Shown here one piece after another: positions 48,971 to 60,200 of a DNA stretch of 64,000 bases. This stretch comes from Candidatus Cloacimonadales bacterium (GTDB taxonomy: Bacteria; Cloacimonadota; Cloacimonadia; Cloacimonadales; JAIOQZ01). The stretch is from NCBI GenBank assembly GCA_963674825.1, contig OY771587.1, forward strand, positions 2,240,001 to 2,304,000, read 5' to 3'. The notes beneath the pieces are model-generated. The model saw only the letters and a program-made list of their open reading frames with translations, searched no databases and was not told where the DNA came from. The stretch's first letter is position 1; every line of letters starts with the position of its first letter. The translations under genes and the position numbers were made by a program.

Positions 48971-49891
48971 TTAGTTACCGCGAGTGATACCTTTCTTCTT
49001 CTCACGTTTGAGGAAGTATTCCACCATAATCGGGCTTGCGATGAAGATGGAAGAATAGGTACCGACGACAACACCGATCATCAACGCAAACGCGAAGTCA
49101 TGGATCACGGTACCGCCGAAGAGGTACAGAGAAAGCACCACGATGAAGGTGGTGAGTGAGGTGATCACGGTACGGTTGAGCGTTTCATTGATACTGTGGT
49201 TGATCACGCTCTCGTACGATTCGCGACGGTAGATTTTCAGATCTTCGCGGATACGGTCGAACACCACGATTGTATCGTTGAGGGAGTAACCAACGATGGT
49301 CAGCAGCGCGGCGACGATGTTGAGGCTCATTTCCTTGCCGACGATTGAGAATACGCCGACGGTAATCAGCACGTCGTGGAACAGCGCAGCGACAGCAGCC
49401 ACACCAAAGGTGAACTGGAAGCGCCACCAGATGTAGAGGATGATACCAAGAAGTGAGTAGAAGATAGCCAGCACGGCCTTGCCGCGAAGCTCTTTACCAA
49501 TCTTGGGACCGATCTTTTCCTGTGAGCGGGAAACCACTTCATAACCAGTGTAATTCGCTTTGATCTTTTCGATCAGCTGCTCGCCTTCGCCTTCTGCCTG
49601 CTGTGTCTTGATCAGGTAGTGGTTAGTTCCTCTGTAGCGCTGAATCTCCGCATCGGGATATCCTGCGTCCTTGAGTGCATCTCGAAGATCGCTCACGGAG
49701 AGGTCAGGATTTCCTTCTTGTGGGATGATGGTCAGCTCGACCGACACACCACCGGTGAAGTCGATACTGTACTTCGGACCACCCTGGATGATCAGAGATA
49801 CGATACCGGCGAGAATGATCAGGCCAGATACGATGAACATCGTTCTTCTTTTACCGACAAAATCTATTTTTGTGTCTCCGAATAATCTCAT
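48971..49891 (-). CDS. secF: Protein translocase subunit SecF
   Basis: IDFTGG, HDV, GYSLNDTIVVFDRIRE, GTYSSIFIA. Confidence 0.97.
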   Translation of the reverse strand: MRLFGDTKIDFVGKRRTMFIVSGLIILAGIVSLIIQGGPKYSIDFTGGVSVELTIIPQEGNPDLSVSDLRDALKDAGYPDAEIQRYRGTNHYLIKTQQAEGEGEQLIEKIKANYTGYEVVSRSQEKIGPKIGKELRGKAVLAIFYSLLGIILYIWWRFQFTFGVAAVAALFHDVLITVGVFSIVGKEMSLNIVAALLTIVGYSLNDTIVVFDRIREDLKIYRRESYESVINHSINETLNRTVITSLTTFIVVLSLYLFGGTVIHDFAFALMIGVVVGTYSSIFIASPIMVEYFLKREKKKGITRGN

Positions 49892-49900
49892 TGGAGCCTC

Positions 49901-51646
49901 CTAAATACTCAGCGTCTTACGGGGTTTATTTCCGATCATACCGTCGAAGATGGCGCGCACCAGGATAATGGAGGCGAACATCGATCCGATGATACCGATG
50001 GAAAGTGTAACCGCGAATCCGCGGATGGGTCCGGTTCCAAACTGATACAGCACGATTGCTGTAATAAGGGTGGTAATATTCGCGTCCAGAATGGTCACAA
50101 TCGCGCGGCTGAAGCCGGAATCGATCGCGGAGCGAACCGTCTTGCCGGTTCTGAGCTCTTCACGGATACGTTCGAAGATCAGCACGTTGGCGTCAACCGC
50201 CATACCGATCGTAAGGATCATACCAGCGATACCTGGAAGCGTAAGAGTTGCTTCGAGCATGGTCAGGGCTGCAAGGATGAAGCCGATGTTCACGAGCAGA
50301 GCCAGGTCGGCGATAAGGCCGGATAGCTTGTAGTAAATGGTCATGAACAGGGCAACAACGATCAAACCGATCACGGCTGACATAAAACCAGCCTTGATAC
50401 TGTCGGAACCGAGGGTCGGGCCCACGCTGCGTTCCTGAATAATGGTAACTGGCGCCGGAAGATTACCGGCTTTAAGCACGATCACGAGGTCCTGAGCTTC
50501 TTCTTCGTCAGCCAGACCAGTGATGCGGCCTTCGCCAAAGATCTTGTCCTGGATGGTCGGCGCCATGAAGACGTTGTCGTCCAGTACGATCGCGAGGCGA
50601 CGGTTGATATTGTTACCTGTGAGGGTAGCGAATTTTTTACTGCCGTTGCGGTTGAACTCGAGCGCGACATACGGTTTGTTCTGTTCGCGCGGGTCATCGC
50701 CCTGGCCGATTCTCACGCTCGCGTCCGCGAGATCCTGTCCTGTAACTTCTGCTTCGTCTTCAAGCACGTACAGTGGACGGGGCTTCGTGGGATCGAGTTT
50801 GCTCTCTTTTCCGAGCAGAATTTCAGTTCCCTGAACCATTTTGTGCTTGATCTTTTCATCCTGAAGGATTTTGGTCACAAGCTGAACATTGTTCTGGGAA
50901 ACCATCATCGGATAACCGTTGTAAGAGGTGATCTTGGAGAAGAGGTTCTTTTTGTCGATCGTCGTGACTTCTTCGTCTTCAGCGACTACTTCTTCTTCGG
51001 TTCCGGTCGAGTCATTTTCTTCTTCGAATTCGATGGGTGTTTCAACATCTTCGGTGAATTCGGCGAAGTTTTTCAACTGAGGATACTCTACTGCGTAGTA
51101 TGTATCGTAGTTGAGCTCGATTTCTTTGTCGATGCGCTCGAAGGTTTGTTTGAGCTTCTCGTCTTCTGCGACCAGTTTGAATTCGAGTCGCGCGGTTTTT
51201 TTAATCAGATCCTTGGCGCGATCAAAATCGTGAACGCCCGGTAACTGAAGAATAATACGGTTTTTACCGGGTGAACGGGTCAATATGGGTTCGGCTACAC
51301 CGAATTGGTCAATACGATTTCGTATGATTTCGAGTGCTGCTTGAACTGCCTGCTCCTGTTCGGCTTCAGGTATGTTCGTATCGGTGAAATCAACCGCCAG
51401 GTCGATCTGCATACCGCCCTTGAGGTCAAGACCGAGCTTGAGCAGCTTGTCTGTCCAAAGACGCATTGAGTAGTCGGTACCATCATCACCCGACTTGAGT
51501 AAATAATCCCACGGTAACAGAGAGACAGTTTTCTTCTCGTCTGCCTGGGGAGACTTCATTGTCTCAAGAAGCAGGGGTACCAGAAAATAGGCAATCCCCA
51601 GCAGGACAACGATGATGATAATCGTTCTTAATCGTGTTTTTTTCAT
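49901..51646 (-). CDS. secD: Protein translocase subunit SecD
   Basis: LGLDLKGG, RIDQFGVAEP, VGPTLG, GMAVDANVLIFERIREE. Confidence 0.97.
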   Translation of the reverse strand: MKKTRLRTIIIIVVLLGIAYFLVPLLLETMKSPQADEKKTVSLLPWDYLLKSGDDGTDYSMRLWTDKLLKLGLDLKGGMQIDLAVDFTDTNIPEAEQEQAVQAALEIIRNRIDQFGVAEPILTRSPGKNRIILQLPGVHDFDRAKDLIKKTARLEFKLVAEDEKLKQTFERIDKEIELNYDTYYAVEYPQLKNFAEFTEDVETPIEFEEENDSTGTEEEVVAEDEEVTTIDKKNLFSKITSYNGYPMMVSQNNVQLVTKILQDEKIKHKMVQGTEILLGKESKLDPTKPRPLYVLEDEAEVTGQDLADASVRIGQGDDPREQNKPYVALEFNRNGSKKFATLTGNNINRRLAIVLDDNVFMAPTIQDKIFGEGRITGLADEEEAQDLVIVLKAGNLPAPVTIIQERSVGPTLGSDSIKAGFMSAVIGLIVVALFMTIYYKLSGLIADLALLVNIGFILAALTMLEATLTLPGIAGMILTIGMAVDANVLIFERIREELRTGKTVRSAIDSGFSRAIVTILDANITTLITAIVLYQFGTGPIRGFAVTLSIGIIGSMFASIILVRAIFDGMIGNKPRKTLSI

Positions 51647-51757
51647 CAGCATCAACTCCCTTGATTATAATCTTCCAATGCTGTATCTAACTCCCGTAGC
51701 TATTAATCAGTTTATACGCACAGGGGTCTAACAACAAAATTCATACCTTTTTCGGCG

Positions 51758-52060
51758 TCAAGGTTTTTGTCCTTCACTCATAAATCCGATTTCTTTATCG
51801 CCGGATTTTTCATAGGTGTCGATTGTGCCGTGCTTCTTTTCGTAGTTCTCGATATTCGCTTTCAGAATGTTGAAGAACTGCTTTGCATGCTGCGGCGTCG
51901 TGACGATTCGGCTATAAATCTTCGCTTCGGGAATACCCGGCATCAGACGACCGAAATCCATGATGAATTCGGAAGGCGACCAAGCCATCATGAACATATT
52001 GGAATATGTTCCCTCGCCGATCGTAGCATCCAGCTTGACGTTGATTTTCTGTTTCTGCAT
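51758..52060 (-). CDS. DUF3467 family protein
   Basis: G.YSN......S.SEF..DF, SRIV.TPQHAK, NI..YE...G.I. Confidence 0.85.
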   Translation of the reverse strand: MQKQKINVKLDATIGEGTYSNMFMMAWSPSEFIMDFGRLMPGIPEAKIYSRIVTTPQHAKQFFNILKANIENYEKKHGTIDTYEKSGDKEIGFMSEGQKP

Positions 52061-52064
52061 CTTA

Positions 52065-52556
52065 CTACTCCTTAAATTTTTTCTTGAATTTCTCGATCAG
52101 GATTGCCTCGACATTTTTCGGCACATATTCGCTCAGGTTGCCACCCAGAAGGATTACCTGACGTACCATGCTGGAGCTCAGGTAAAGGTACTTGTGGTCT
52201 GGAAGCAGGAACATTGTCTCGATATCGGGGCTCAGATTGCGGTTCATGAGCGCCAGTGAAAGCTCGTACTCGAAATCCGAGACTGCACGCAGCCCCCGGA
52301 TCATCACGTCGGCTTCCACCTTTTTGGCAAAGTCAACAACCAAACCGGAGAAACGCTCCACGCGAACATGTTTGAGGTCAGATACAGCCTGCCGGCAGAT
52401 CTCCTCACGTTCTTCAAGGCTGAGGAAAGTATTTTTACCGGTCGTTTCGGCTACGGCAACAATTACTTCGTCAAAGATACCGGTTGCTTTCCGCAGGATG
52501 TCGATATGACCGAATGTGATGGGATCGAAAGTACCCGGATAGATCGCTCGTTTCAT
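52065..52556 (-). CDS. coaD: Phosphopantetheine adenylyltransferase
   Basis: YPGTFDPITFGH, RGLRAVSDFEYE, LSSS. Confidence 0.97.
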   Translation of the reverse strand: MKRAIYPGTFDPITFGHIDILRKATGIFDEVIVAVAETTGKNTFLSLEEREEICRQAVSDLKHVRVERFSGLVVDFAKKVEADVMIRGLRAVSDFEYELSLALMNRNLSPDIETMFLLPDHKYLYLSSSMVRQVILLGGNLSEYVPKNVEAILIEKFKKKFKE

Positions 52557-52566
52557 GCCAACTCCG

Positions 52567-54336
52567 TTAACCGATGGGTTCGGTCATTTTTTCGAGCCAG
52601 GCGGCTTCTTCTTCGTTGAGGTACGGCGTCAGCTTTTCCCGAACGTCCTTATGATATTGGTTCAGCCAGTCTATCTCGTCGCTGCGCATCTGAGCAGGAA
52701 CGATAAGCCGTGTATCGATCGGGCAGACAGCCATTGTCTCGAACCTCAGGTATTCGCCGTCATCGGTTGCTTTCTGGCACATGATGAGGTTTTCGATACG
52801 GATGCCGTAATGCCCTTCGACATAGATACCTGGTTCGTTCGATACGAGCATGCCGGGGGCAAAGGCAATCTTGTCCGATGCCATACTGATACCGATAGGA
52901 CCTTCATGTACGTTGAGGAACATGCCTACACCGTGTCCGGTTCCATGCCCGTATTCTTGGAAGATGTCCCAAACCGGGCCACGAGCGAGGATATCCAGGT
53001 GGATACCTTTCGTTCCCTTGCGGAAAACGGCGCGCGAGAGGTTGATCATACCACGAAGCACGGCTGTGAAACTTCGGCATACTGTGTCATCGACTTCTCC
53101 AAGCGCGAACGTACGCGTGATGTCCGTAGTACCGGTGTCGTATTGACCACCGGAATCGCACAAAAGGATGCCTTTGGGCTCTACTTTCAGTGAGCCTTCG
53201 GGTTTGGGTGAATAGTGTGGTAGCGCTGCGTTAGCGTTGTAACCAACGATAGCATAGAAGCTCGGACCACGGTAGTTTTCCATCGGGCCGCGGAAATCTT
53301 CCAGCTTCTGTTGCAGGCTATATTCGGTCATTTCGATCTTGCCGACATTCTGTTCGACCCAATATTGCCATTTCACCAGCGCTGCGCCATCGAGTATATG
53401 TGTTTTACGAATATTCATTTTCTCGAAATGATTTTTCTCGAGCTTGAGCATCATCGGGATGTTGTATGCGAATTCCGTTTTACAGCGTTCTTTGATGCGA
53501 GTCAGCATACGATGGCTGAATCTGTCTTCGTCGAGCAGGACTGTCCAGCGTTGATCGAGGTCATCGATGTAACGATAGATGGCGTCGTAATCCTGAATCA
53601 GGATGCCATCCAGTTCAATCTTCACGCGCAGATCGAAATCGATTTTCTTCTGATCGATGAAGAGGATTGTCTTGTCCTGCGTGAAAGCAGCGTAGGCATA
53701 GACGACAGGATTATAGGCGATGTCAGCTCCGCGAATATTGAATGTCCAGGCGATATCGTCAAGTGCTGAGACGATGTGGCAATCGACTCGTTTCTCTTGC
53801 ATCTTCTCTTTGATGCGATCGATTTTTCCTTTGCGAGTTTCTCCAGCAAAGCAAGTCTCGTGCTCAATCACCGGGTTATCGGGAATAGCTGGACGATCGG
53901 TCCATATCTCGTCGATAAGGTCGTCGCAAGTGACGATCTCGATTCCCTTGAACTTGTCGACCATTGCCTTGTATTGCGAGATCGGGATGATGTCGCCCGG
54001 AATACCCAGTTTCGAGCCTTCCTTGAAGTTATCAGGAATCCACTTGAAGGTATAGGGCACTCCTGGGAGGCCAGATTTAAAAATATGGATGTTTGTTCCT
54101 TCCAGTTCGCGATCAGCCTGCACATGGTAGCGTGAATCAACCCAGATATAGGCGTTGTCGGGGGTGACGACAACCAGCGACCGTGAGCCTGTAAATCCTG
54201 TAAGCCATGCGTTTTCGCGCCAGCGTTCGGAGACATATTCGCTCAAATGAGGATCGGTGCCCGGCATAAACCAGCCGTCGAGGCCTTTCTCTACCAGAAG
54301 ATTTTGCAGAGCTTTGATTTTTATGTTCGTATCCAT
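52567..54336 (-). CDS. Xaa-Pro aminopeptidase (M24B, aminopeptidase P)
   Basis: DPHLSEY, DSGGQY..GTTDITRT, HGTGHGVG..L.VHEGP, EPG.Y....GIRIEN. Confidence 0.93.
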   Translation of the reverse strand: MDTNIKIKALQNLLVEKGLDGWFMPGTDPHLSEYVSERWRENAWLTGFTGSRSLVVVTPDNAYIWVDSRYHVQADRELEGTNIHIFKSGLPGVPYTFKWIPDNFKEGSKLGIPGDIIPISQYKAMVDKFKGIEIVTCDDLIDEIWTDRPAIPDNPVIEHETCFAGETRKGKIDRIKEKMQEKRVDCHIVSALDDIAWTFNIRGADIAYNPVVYAYAAFTQDKTILFIDQKKIDFDLRVKIELDGILIQDYDAIYRYIDDLDQRWTVLLDEDRFSHRMLTRIKERCKTEFAYNIPMMLKLEKNHFEKMNIRKTHILDGAALVKWQYWVEQNVGKIEMTEYSLQQKLEDFRGPMENYRGPSFYAIVGYNANAALPHYSPKPEGSLKVEPKGILLCDSGGQYDTGTTDITRTFALGEVDDTVCRSFTAVLRGMINLSRAVFRKGTKGIHLDILARGPVWDIFQEYGHGTGHGVGMFLNVHEGPIGISMASDKIAFAPGMLVSNEPGIYVEGHYGIRIENLIMCQKATDDGEYLRFETMAVCPIDTRLIVPAQMRSDEIDWLNQYHKDVREKLTPYLNEEEAAWLEKMTEPIG

Positions 54337-54679
54337 CTTGCTCCCCTGTAAGATTTTATTTCGTGTATTCCAATAGGTATCATATGCGATCATGGGATAC
54401 CAGTTCACGAGTTTCCGATTGAAAGCTGTGAAACGACGAAATGAACAAACGGAAAAGTGTTCTCAGAGAACAACTTCCGTCACCATAACCGTTTGTATTG
54501 ATAGCGTCTCAAAGCGGATATTTTACTTTCCAAATTCTCTTATCGATTAGAATCGTGCAAGCTTTTTCTTCGGATGTTGTTAGTGGGGTGATGACACCGT
54601 TTTCAGGTGGTTTGAGAAGGTCTCCTGAATAGCCTTCTCGCATGAAATCATCTTCCGTATGTTGATTTCTTCGCCTACT

Positions 54680-54704
54680 GTAGGGGCAGACCACCGTGTC
54701 TGCC
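54680..54704 (+). repeat. GTAG-type REP element
   Basis: GTAG-GGGCAGAC-caccgt-GTCTGCC: GTAG tetranucleotide followed by a GC stem. Confidence 0.6.
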
Positions 54705-54888
54705 TTTTCCATATGGAACGCGGACGTCTATGAATTTGTTTGCAAATTCGAATCCCCATGATCGTCCGCATTGTCTTATATCAAACCGACTGGACGTCAG
54801 CGTACCCTAGGCTGTATGTGTCCATCTACGAAGGGCGAACCAGGGGAGGGGGAATGCCAAGCTGGGGCTTGGCGATCCCAGGGAGATA

Positions 54889-54920
54889 GAAAAAGAAACC
54901 CGGGACGTAAATCCCGGGTC
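54889..54920 (-). terminator. Terminator of the porV operon
   Basis: - strand GACCCGGGA-tttacg-TCCCGGGT followed by TTCTTTTT. Confidence 0.7.
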
Positions 54921-54943
54921 GAAGATGTTGAGAAAAAATCAGA

Positions 54944-55612
54944 TCAAAATCTCCAGCTTGCCACGAATGTCGGGGTCATATCTTCTTTCAGCTCGACACC
55001 CATTTCGATGCGGCGGTTGGTGTTTCGGGCGGTGAAAAGCGAGTTGAGTCCGCTAACCACGTGGTTGAGCACGATTGCTCCCACCATAGCCTGCGCGTAG
55101 TCTTTATTGTGCTGGATATCTTTGTAATGCTTTGTGTAGGTGTTGCGACTGTCGCGGTCATCCCAGCTCCAGGCGAGTTCGTCCGAATAGGCGTGATCCT
55201 GAATGTAATCCTGTTGGGCGTCAGTGTCTCCGGGGTAGAGATTGATCGCGGTACGGCGCACGTTTTCGTTGTAGCCGCCGGCTTCGTAGCCTGAACTATC
55301 ATATTTCGATAGATCATGAAGATAGTCGTTGCCGTAATCACCCGGTTTGATATGAGCATACTCGAGTGCGTATTCGTAGGCGTGTCGTTCGCTGAGGTCG
55401 GATTCTTCCTGGAAATAGTACATGGAGCCCCAAAGGAGGATTTCCGAAGCGATGAAGGCGTAGCCAATCGACTTGCCCTGCGAAAGCTCGCCATATCCCG
55501 GTACGACCAGTGATTTCAAGAACATTACGCCCGGTTTGTGCTGCGCGGATAATCCCAGAGCTATCATGATGATCATGATGAGCAGTACGGCTTTCTTAGA
55601 AGTGGATTGCAT
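54944..55612 (-). CDS. DUF5683-like membrane protein, paralog 3
   Basis: Signal peptide; S.VVPGYG.L, E..LW, NHVVS, C-terminal ...SWRF. Confidence 0.65.
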   Translation of the reverse strand: MQSTSKKAVLLIMIIMIALGLSAQHKPGVMFLKSLVVPGYGELSQGKSIGYAFIASEILLWGSMYYFQEESDLSERHAYEYALEYAHIKPGDYGNDYLHDLSKYDSSGYEAGGYNENVRRTAINLYPGDTDAQQDYIQDHAYSDELAWSWDDRDSRNTYTKHYKDIQHNKDYAQAMVGAIVLNHVVSGLNSLFTARNTNRRIEMGVELKEDMTPTFVASWRF

Positions 55613-56273
55613 AGTTCAGCCTGATTCCATTGTTTTGTAAGTCCGGTTCGATGGATACGTTCTTCAGCATTCGAACCGCACGATTGTGCTTACGCGCGCT
55701 TGCCGTTGTCGCGATAACAGAGACGACACGATTTAAAATCGCAGCGCCCAGTGCGAAGTTTGAGTAGATTTCCATATCCTGCTTACGGTTACGGCGTTTC
55801 TTGTACTCACTCCATCGCGAATCGTTTTCCCATTGCCATGCTTCTTCCTCGGGGATCAGGTAGTTGCTGAGGTATTCCTGGTAAGCTTCCTGATCGTTGT
55901 TGTAGATCAGATAGTAGTTACGGGCATCGCGGATAACGTCGTCGTTGTATTCCTCGCTGCTGTAGTAGTTCTGGATGCGCTGGTAGTAGTCGTCATCCTG
56001 TCCCTTGGGTACACCGGCGTATGCGTCGGCGTAATCCTGATAGGATTCGATCGCCCAGTCGCGTTCCTGATCCAGGCGAAGATACGCTAACCAGATAATG
56101 ACTTCAGCGCTCAGGAATGCTGCGCCTTTCTGGTAATTGCCCATGTATAAATCTCCAGCGCCAGGTAACACAGCTGAAAGCGCCATTGCTTTCAATACCG
56201 AGACCTTTTCCTGAGCTGCCATGGTGCAGAGAAGCAGGAGAAGCAGAAGCGCGAGAACGGTTTTTCTTATCAT
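55596..56273 (-). CDS. DUF5683-like membrane protein, paralog 2
   Basis: Signal peptide; AMALSAVLPGAG.LY, E..IW, NRVVS, C-terminal ...YAIHF. Confidence 0.65.
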   Translation of the reverse strand: MIRKTVLALLLLLLLCTMAAQEKVSVLKAMALSAVLPGAGDLYMGNYQKGAAFLSAEVIIWLAYLRLDQERDWAIESYQDYADAYAGVPKGQDDDYYQRIQNYYSSEEYNDDVIRDARNYYLIYNNDQEAYQEYLSNYLIPEEEAWQWENDSRWSEYKKRRNRKQDMEIYSNFALGAAILNRVVSVIATTASARKHNRAVRMLKNVSIEPDLQNNGIRLNYAIHF

Positions 56274-57193
56274 TAGAATTTCCAGCTTGTCATCAGCATG
56301 GGCGTAATGCGCTCATTGCAGACAACGGGTTGCACGTTGAACTGGAATCTTGGAGCCTGCGAGAGATATTCCACGTTGTAGGCGCGGGTCACGCGGTAGG
56401 CGTCCAGGATCGCGATAACGTGGTTTGCCATGATACCCCAGGTGACGTAATCGGCTCTGTCGTAGCTGTCTTCCGCATCCTGACGCATGTGGATATAATC
56501 TTCACGGAGGTTACTGTACGGTCTGTCGTACTGACCTTCTACCGCAGTACCGTCTGTGGGCTTGTTTCCCAGCCAGGTTCCATCCGAATCGAATTCCCAG
56601 TCGAACGTATTATCGTGTCCGTACTTGGCGTACCAGTCAGTCCAGCCAAATACATACTTGTTGTATTTACCGATATCTTCATAGAAATGCTGGGTGTTTC
56701 CGATGTCCAAGCGGAAATGATTATCGTCGTAAATATCGTTTTCGTCCTGGTTTTTCAGATCGGTCATTGCAGTTTGATAGTACTGGCGATTGTAATTATG
56801 ATTCGCGAAGTCCTCGTAGTCCGATTCCTTGTTGAGGCCTTCATTCTGGTAGTGGGCGTAACCAACCCAGAGGCAAGCTTCGATAACCGGGAAAACGTAG
56901 CCGGTCCAGGATGAGTAATCGGCGTAGATCGAGCCGAAACCGGGAATCACAGCCGACAGCGCCATTGCAAGCGCAGCGGATTTCTTCTGGTAATTTACCT
57001 TGATGATATCCTGGTCGTCCTCTTCATCGATATCTTCGAGCTCGATTGCAGGTTTTTCTTTGGGTTTGGCAGCCTTTGTATCTTCGAGTTTTATTACATC
57101 TTCAGTTTCGGTAGCGTTGAATTCCTCCACTTCCTGCGCCGCAAGGACAAATACACATGTCAGCATCAGCATAATCGCGAGAATTCTTTTCAT
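56273..57193 (-). CDS. DUF5683-like membrane protein, paralog 1
   Basis: Signal peptide after CAGGAGG; AMALSAVIPGFG.IY, E..LW, NHVIAILDAY, C-terminal ...SWKF. Confidence 0.7.
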   Translation of the reverse strand: MKRILAIMLMLTCVFVLAAQEVEEFNATETEDVIKLEDTKAAKPKEKPAIELEDIDEEDDQDIIKVNYQKKSAALAMALSAVIPGFGSIYADYSSWTGYVFPVIEACLWVGYAHYQNEGLNKESDYEDFANHNYNRQYYQTAMTDLKNQDENDIYDDNHFRLDIGNTQHFYEDIGKYNKYVFGWTDWYAKYGHDNTFDWEFDSDGTWLGNKPTDGTAVEGQYDRPYSNLREDYIHMRQDAEDSYDRADYVTWGIMANHVIAILDAYRVTRAYNVEYLSQAPRFQFNVQPVVCNERITPMLMTSWKF

Positions 57194-57215
57194 TATACGC
57201 CTCCTGGCAAAATTC

Positions 57216-60200
57216 TTATTTTTCGATTCCGAATTTGATCGTTTTGCGATGTCCACCCGATTCAACCTGTCCGAAGTACATGCCTGCGGACATACGTCTT
57301 GTATCGAGCCTTATCGATTCATCCGGTTCATAGTTTCTTTCGAAAACAAGAGAGCCGGCAATGTTGTAGATCTTGAGTTTGATGTTTTCTGTTGCGCCTT
57401 CAACTTTGACACGCATCTGTCCTTGCCGAACCGGATTGGGGTAGGCGATGGCGGAGAAGTGCGTTTCATCCGAAGGATTGTAGGTTATGGTTCCTCGATA
57501 GCATCCCGTTCCAGCGTTACGATAGCCAGCCCACTCGATGGGATTTTCATAGACCTCGTCGATGCTGGCAATGCCGATGCGGCAGGTATCGTCTCTGAAT
57601 TCGCTATAGATGTAGTTCAGACGGGAAAGCTCTTTCTCCCAGTGGAAGAAATCGAAGCCAGATATACCATTCCAGCACAGCGAGTAGTATGGAATGTAGG
57701 TTCCTTCCATGTTTACTGCGTAATATCCGTGATCTTTGGCAGGCATGAGCGCAATCGATTCGCCCTTGAAATCAACCAGAACCGGGTAACCGGTCGGCTG
57801 AAGCGTGAGGTCTTCCAGCTTCAGGGGGAAGCCGTCTGCCATTACGCCTTCGGTGTCGATGGCGAACACATAGTTACCTGCGCCGAAGAATAGATAAACC
57901 TTTCCGTCATCCATCGGTGAGCCGATTGAGAGATTGGTCACGGATGCCGATGTATAGGGATAAATCTCGAATATCTGTGTAAAGGATCCATCTTTGATCT
58001 TATACAGGTTACCTTCGTTTGACATCATGAAAACAGCGCTGCGAGCAACGTTCACGGTGTCCGAGAAGACCACTGGTTCGTAGTCTGTTTCACTGAACGG
58101 CAGCCTGACCTGATCGGTCACGTTGAAATGATCGTGGTAATTGATCATGTTCAGCATGCCACTTTCGAAGGCGTAAATGTACTCCTCGTCCGCGGTAAGC
58201 TTGTCCGTGTTCAGTGCGATCGATTCCGGGGCATCCTGCGTGAACTTGTAGAGGAATTGATCGGTGCTCACGAGGTATGAATCGATACCGTCTTCATCCA
58301 GCGGCATGGGCTTGGAGATGATATCACCAGTAAGCGTGATCGATTGCAGGATTTCGGGTGTCTTGATGACATGGAATGTGTTGCCGGATGGTGCGATGTA
58401 TTCGTCGTAGCCGTCCAGGTCATAGTCGATTGTCAGAGGCGTTTGGGTGACCGTGAAGTCCGTCGGGATCTTGGTGAGAAGATCCTGCCATTCGTCGAGG
58501 CTGCCGCCGTCATGGAGGTGGGAAATAACATTCACGCCATTCCGGGAAAAGACGGGGAACTCTGAAATGGTGGAATTAGGCAGGAAGCTCGACAGTCCAG
58601 CGCCGCCAATCGCGGTGACGGAATCAATTTCGACAAACGGTACATAGCTGGTTTGATCGAAAGCCTGGACCTTGAAACGGAAGCTGACGATTTCCGGAGG
58701 TATGTGGAAAGGTCGGTAATAATGTTCCGAATCAATATCGTAGATGGAGAACATGGACGGTTCGCCGGTGTTTGTCATGAGGGCCGGTTTTGACGTTGCA
58801 GAAAGCTCGTCATTGTACTTCTCGATGTCCCAACCGGTAAAGAAACCATTTATATCGAGCATCGGTTTATACTTGAAGTACGGATCGTAAACAGTGCCCT
58901 GCCAGTAGAGCGAATAGACGTTGCCGATATCTTCGAGGCCATCCGCTTCGATGATATAAACGCCGCGCTCACTGTACCTTGTGTTGACCGTGTTGGCCGT
59001 ATAGTTGCTAACGAATTCACCATCGGATTCGTAGTAGCCTTCGTTATAGATAATCTGATCGTCAACATGCCAGATGATCAATCCACCACCGTAGCTGTTG
59101 TTGTCTCGATCGACCCAGTCCGGTAGCGCGTAATCATATTCGTCTGCCGTGTTGTTGGGGTCGTCATCGCCTGTGGGGTACAGGATAACCTGTGAATCTT
59201 CGCCGTTATCGCCCACGAGCACGGTTGGTCCGTCATCGTCGTGGTTGGTCTGGCGGTTTTCGATCAGGAGATACTCTGTTTCGCTGAGGGGTACTTTTAC
59301 GATGTATGCCTGATTTGACCCGATAGAACCATCGTAACGTTTGCCGGCAGCGATTACCTCGATAGGTTCGCTGAGGTCGAATTCGGTAATGTCTTTCAGG
59401 AGGCCGGCAGCGCGGAATTCCTCTTCCCATACGAGTTCCTTGTGGAACGCGCCTGGAAGCGCCGGGATGCCACCTTCAATCAAATACACGTTATCGAGAA
59501 CACCGTCTTCGTCCTCGTCCGCTCCCATGGTGAGTACGGTCGAGCCGCCGCTGTCCATGATATCCCAGTAGCCAACTGCGGGACGATAGTTATAGGTATT
59601 GTATAGATCGACAAAGCCGAGTGTGTGGCCAAATTCGTGAGCGGTAACGGAGTTTGTGACGCCGTAGCCATCATGGTAAACGAGTCCACCATCGGTGTAG
59701 GTCGATGTATCTTGCGTAATGGTCTCGGGGACGTTGCAGAGATGCTTAATCTCTTTAGCACCGTCATCGACGGAAACTTCTTTACCGTCTCCGATTGTGA
59801 TGAAGAACGACGGTAGATCTCCGGGGGTATTGCCCAGGACATCATGCTGCCAGTCTGCACCCGCATGAATGACCATGTAGTGTCCGTAATCGGAGAACAC
59901 GACATTGGGGTCGGTATCAGCAGTCTGAAGCACGTCGCGGAAGTATTCCTCGAATCTTGACAACATGAGGCTTGAGGATGCTCCAGGTGGATTATAATAG
60001 GTCATCTCGTGCGGCAGCGTATAGAATGTGCCATCCTGAGGATAGATATCGCAATCCAGATCGTAGTAACCCTGGCTGACTTCCTGATAGTAGTACCGCA
60101 CAGATTCCATGACCTTCTCAAAGTATGCATGGTTATGCGGTGGAGCGCCGATTGTCAGCGGGTAATCGGGATCTTCGAGCACGAATGTCCCGTCGCCGGT

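Noticed and set aside
51655..51760. Expected yajC upstream of secD
   Set aside because: The gap is only about 100 nt with no suitable ORF; a detached yajC is common and not noteworthy.
54509..55100. Small ORFs 54509-54712, 54580-54771 and 54771-55100
   Set aside because: They run through a REP or terminator hairpins and have no RBS or protein-like features.
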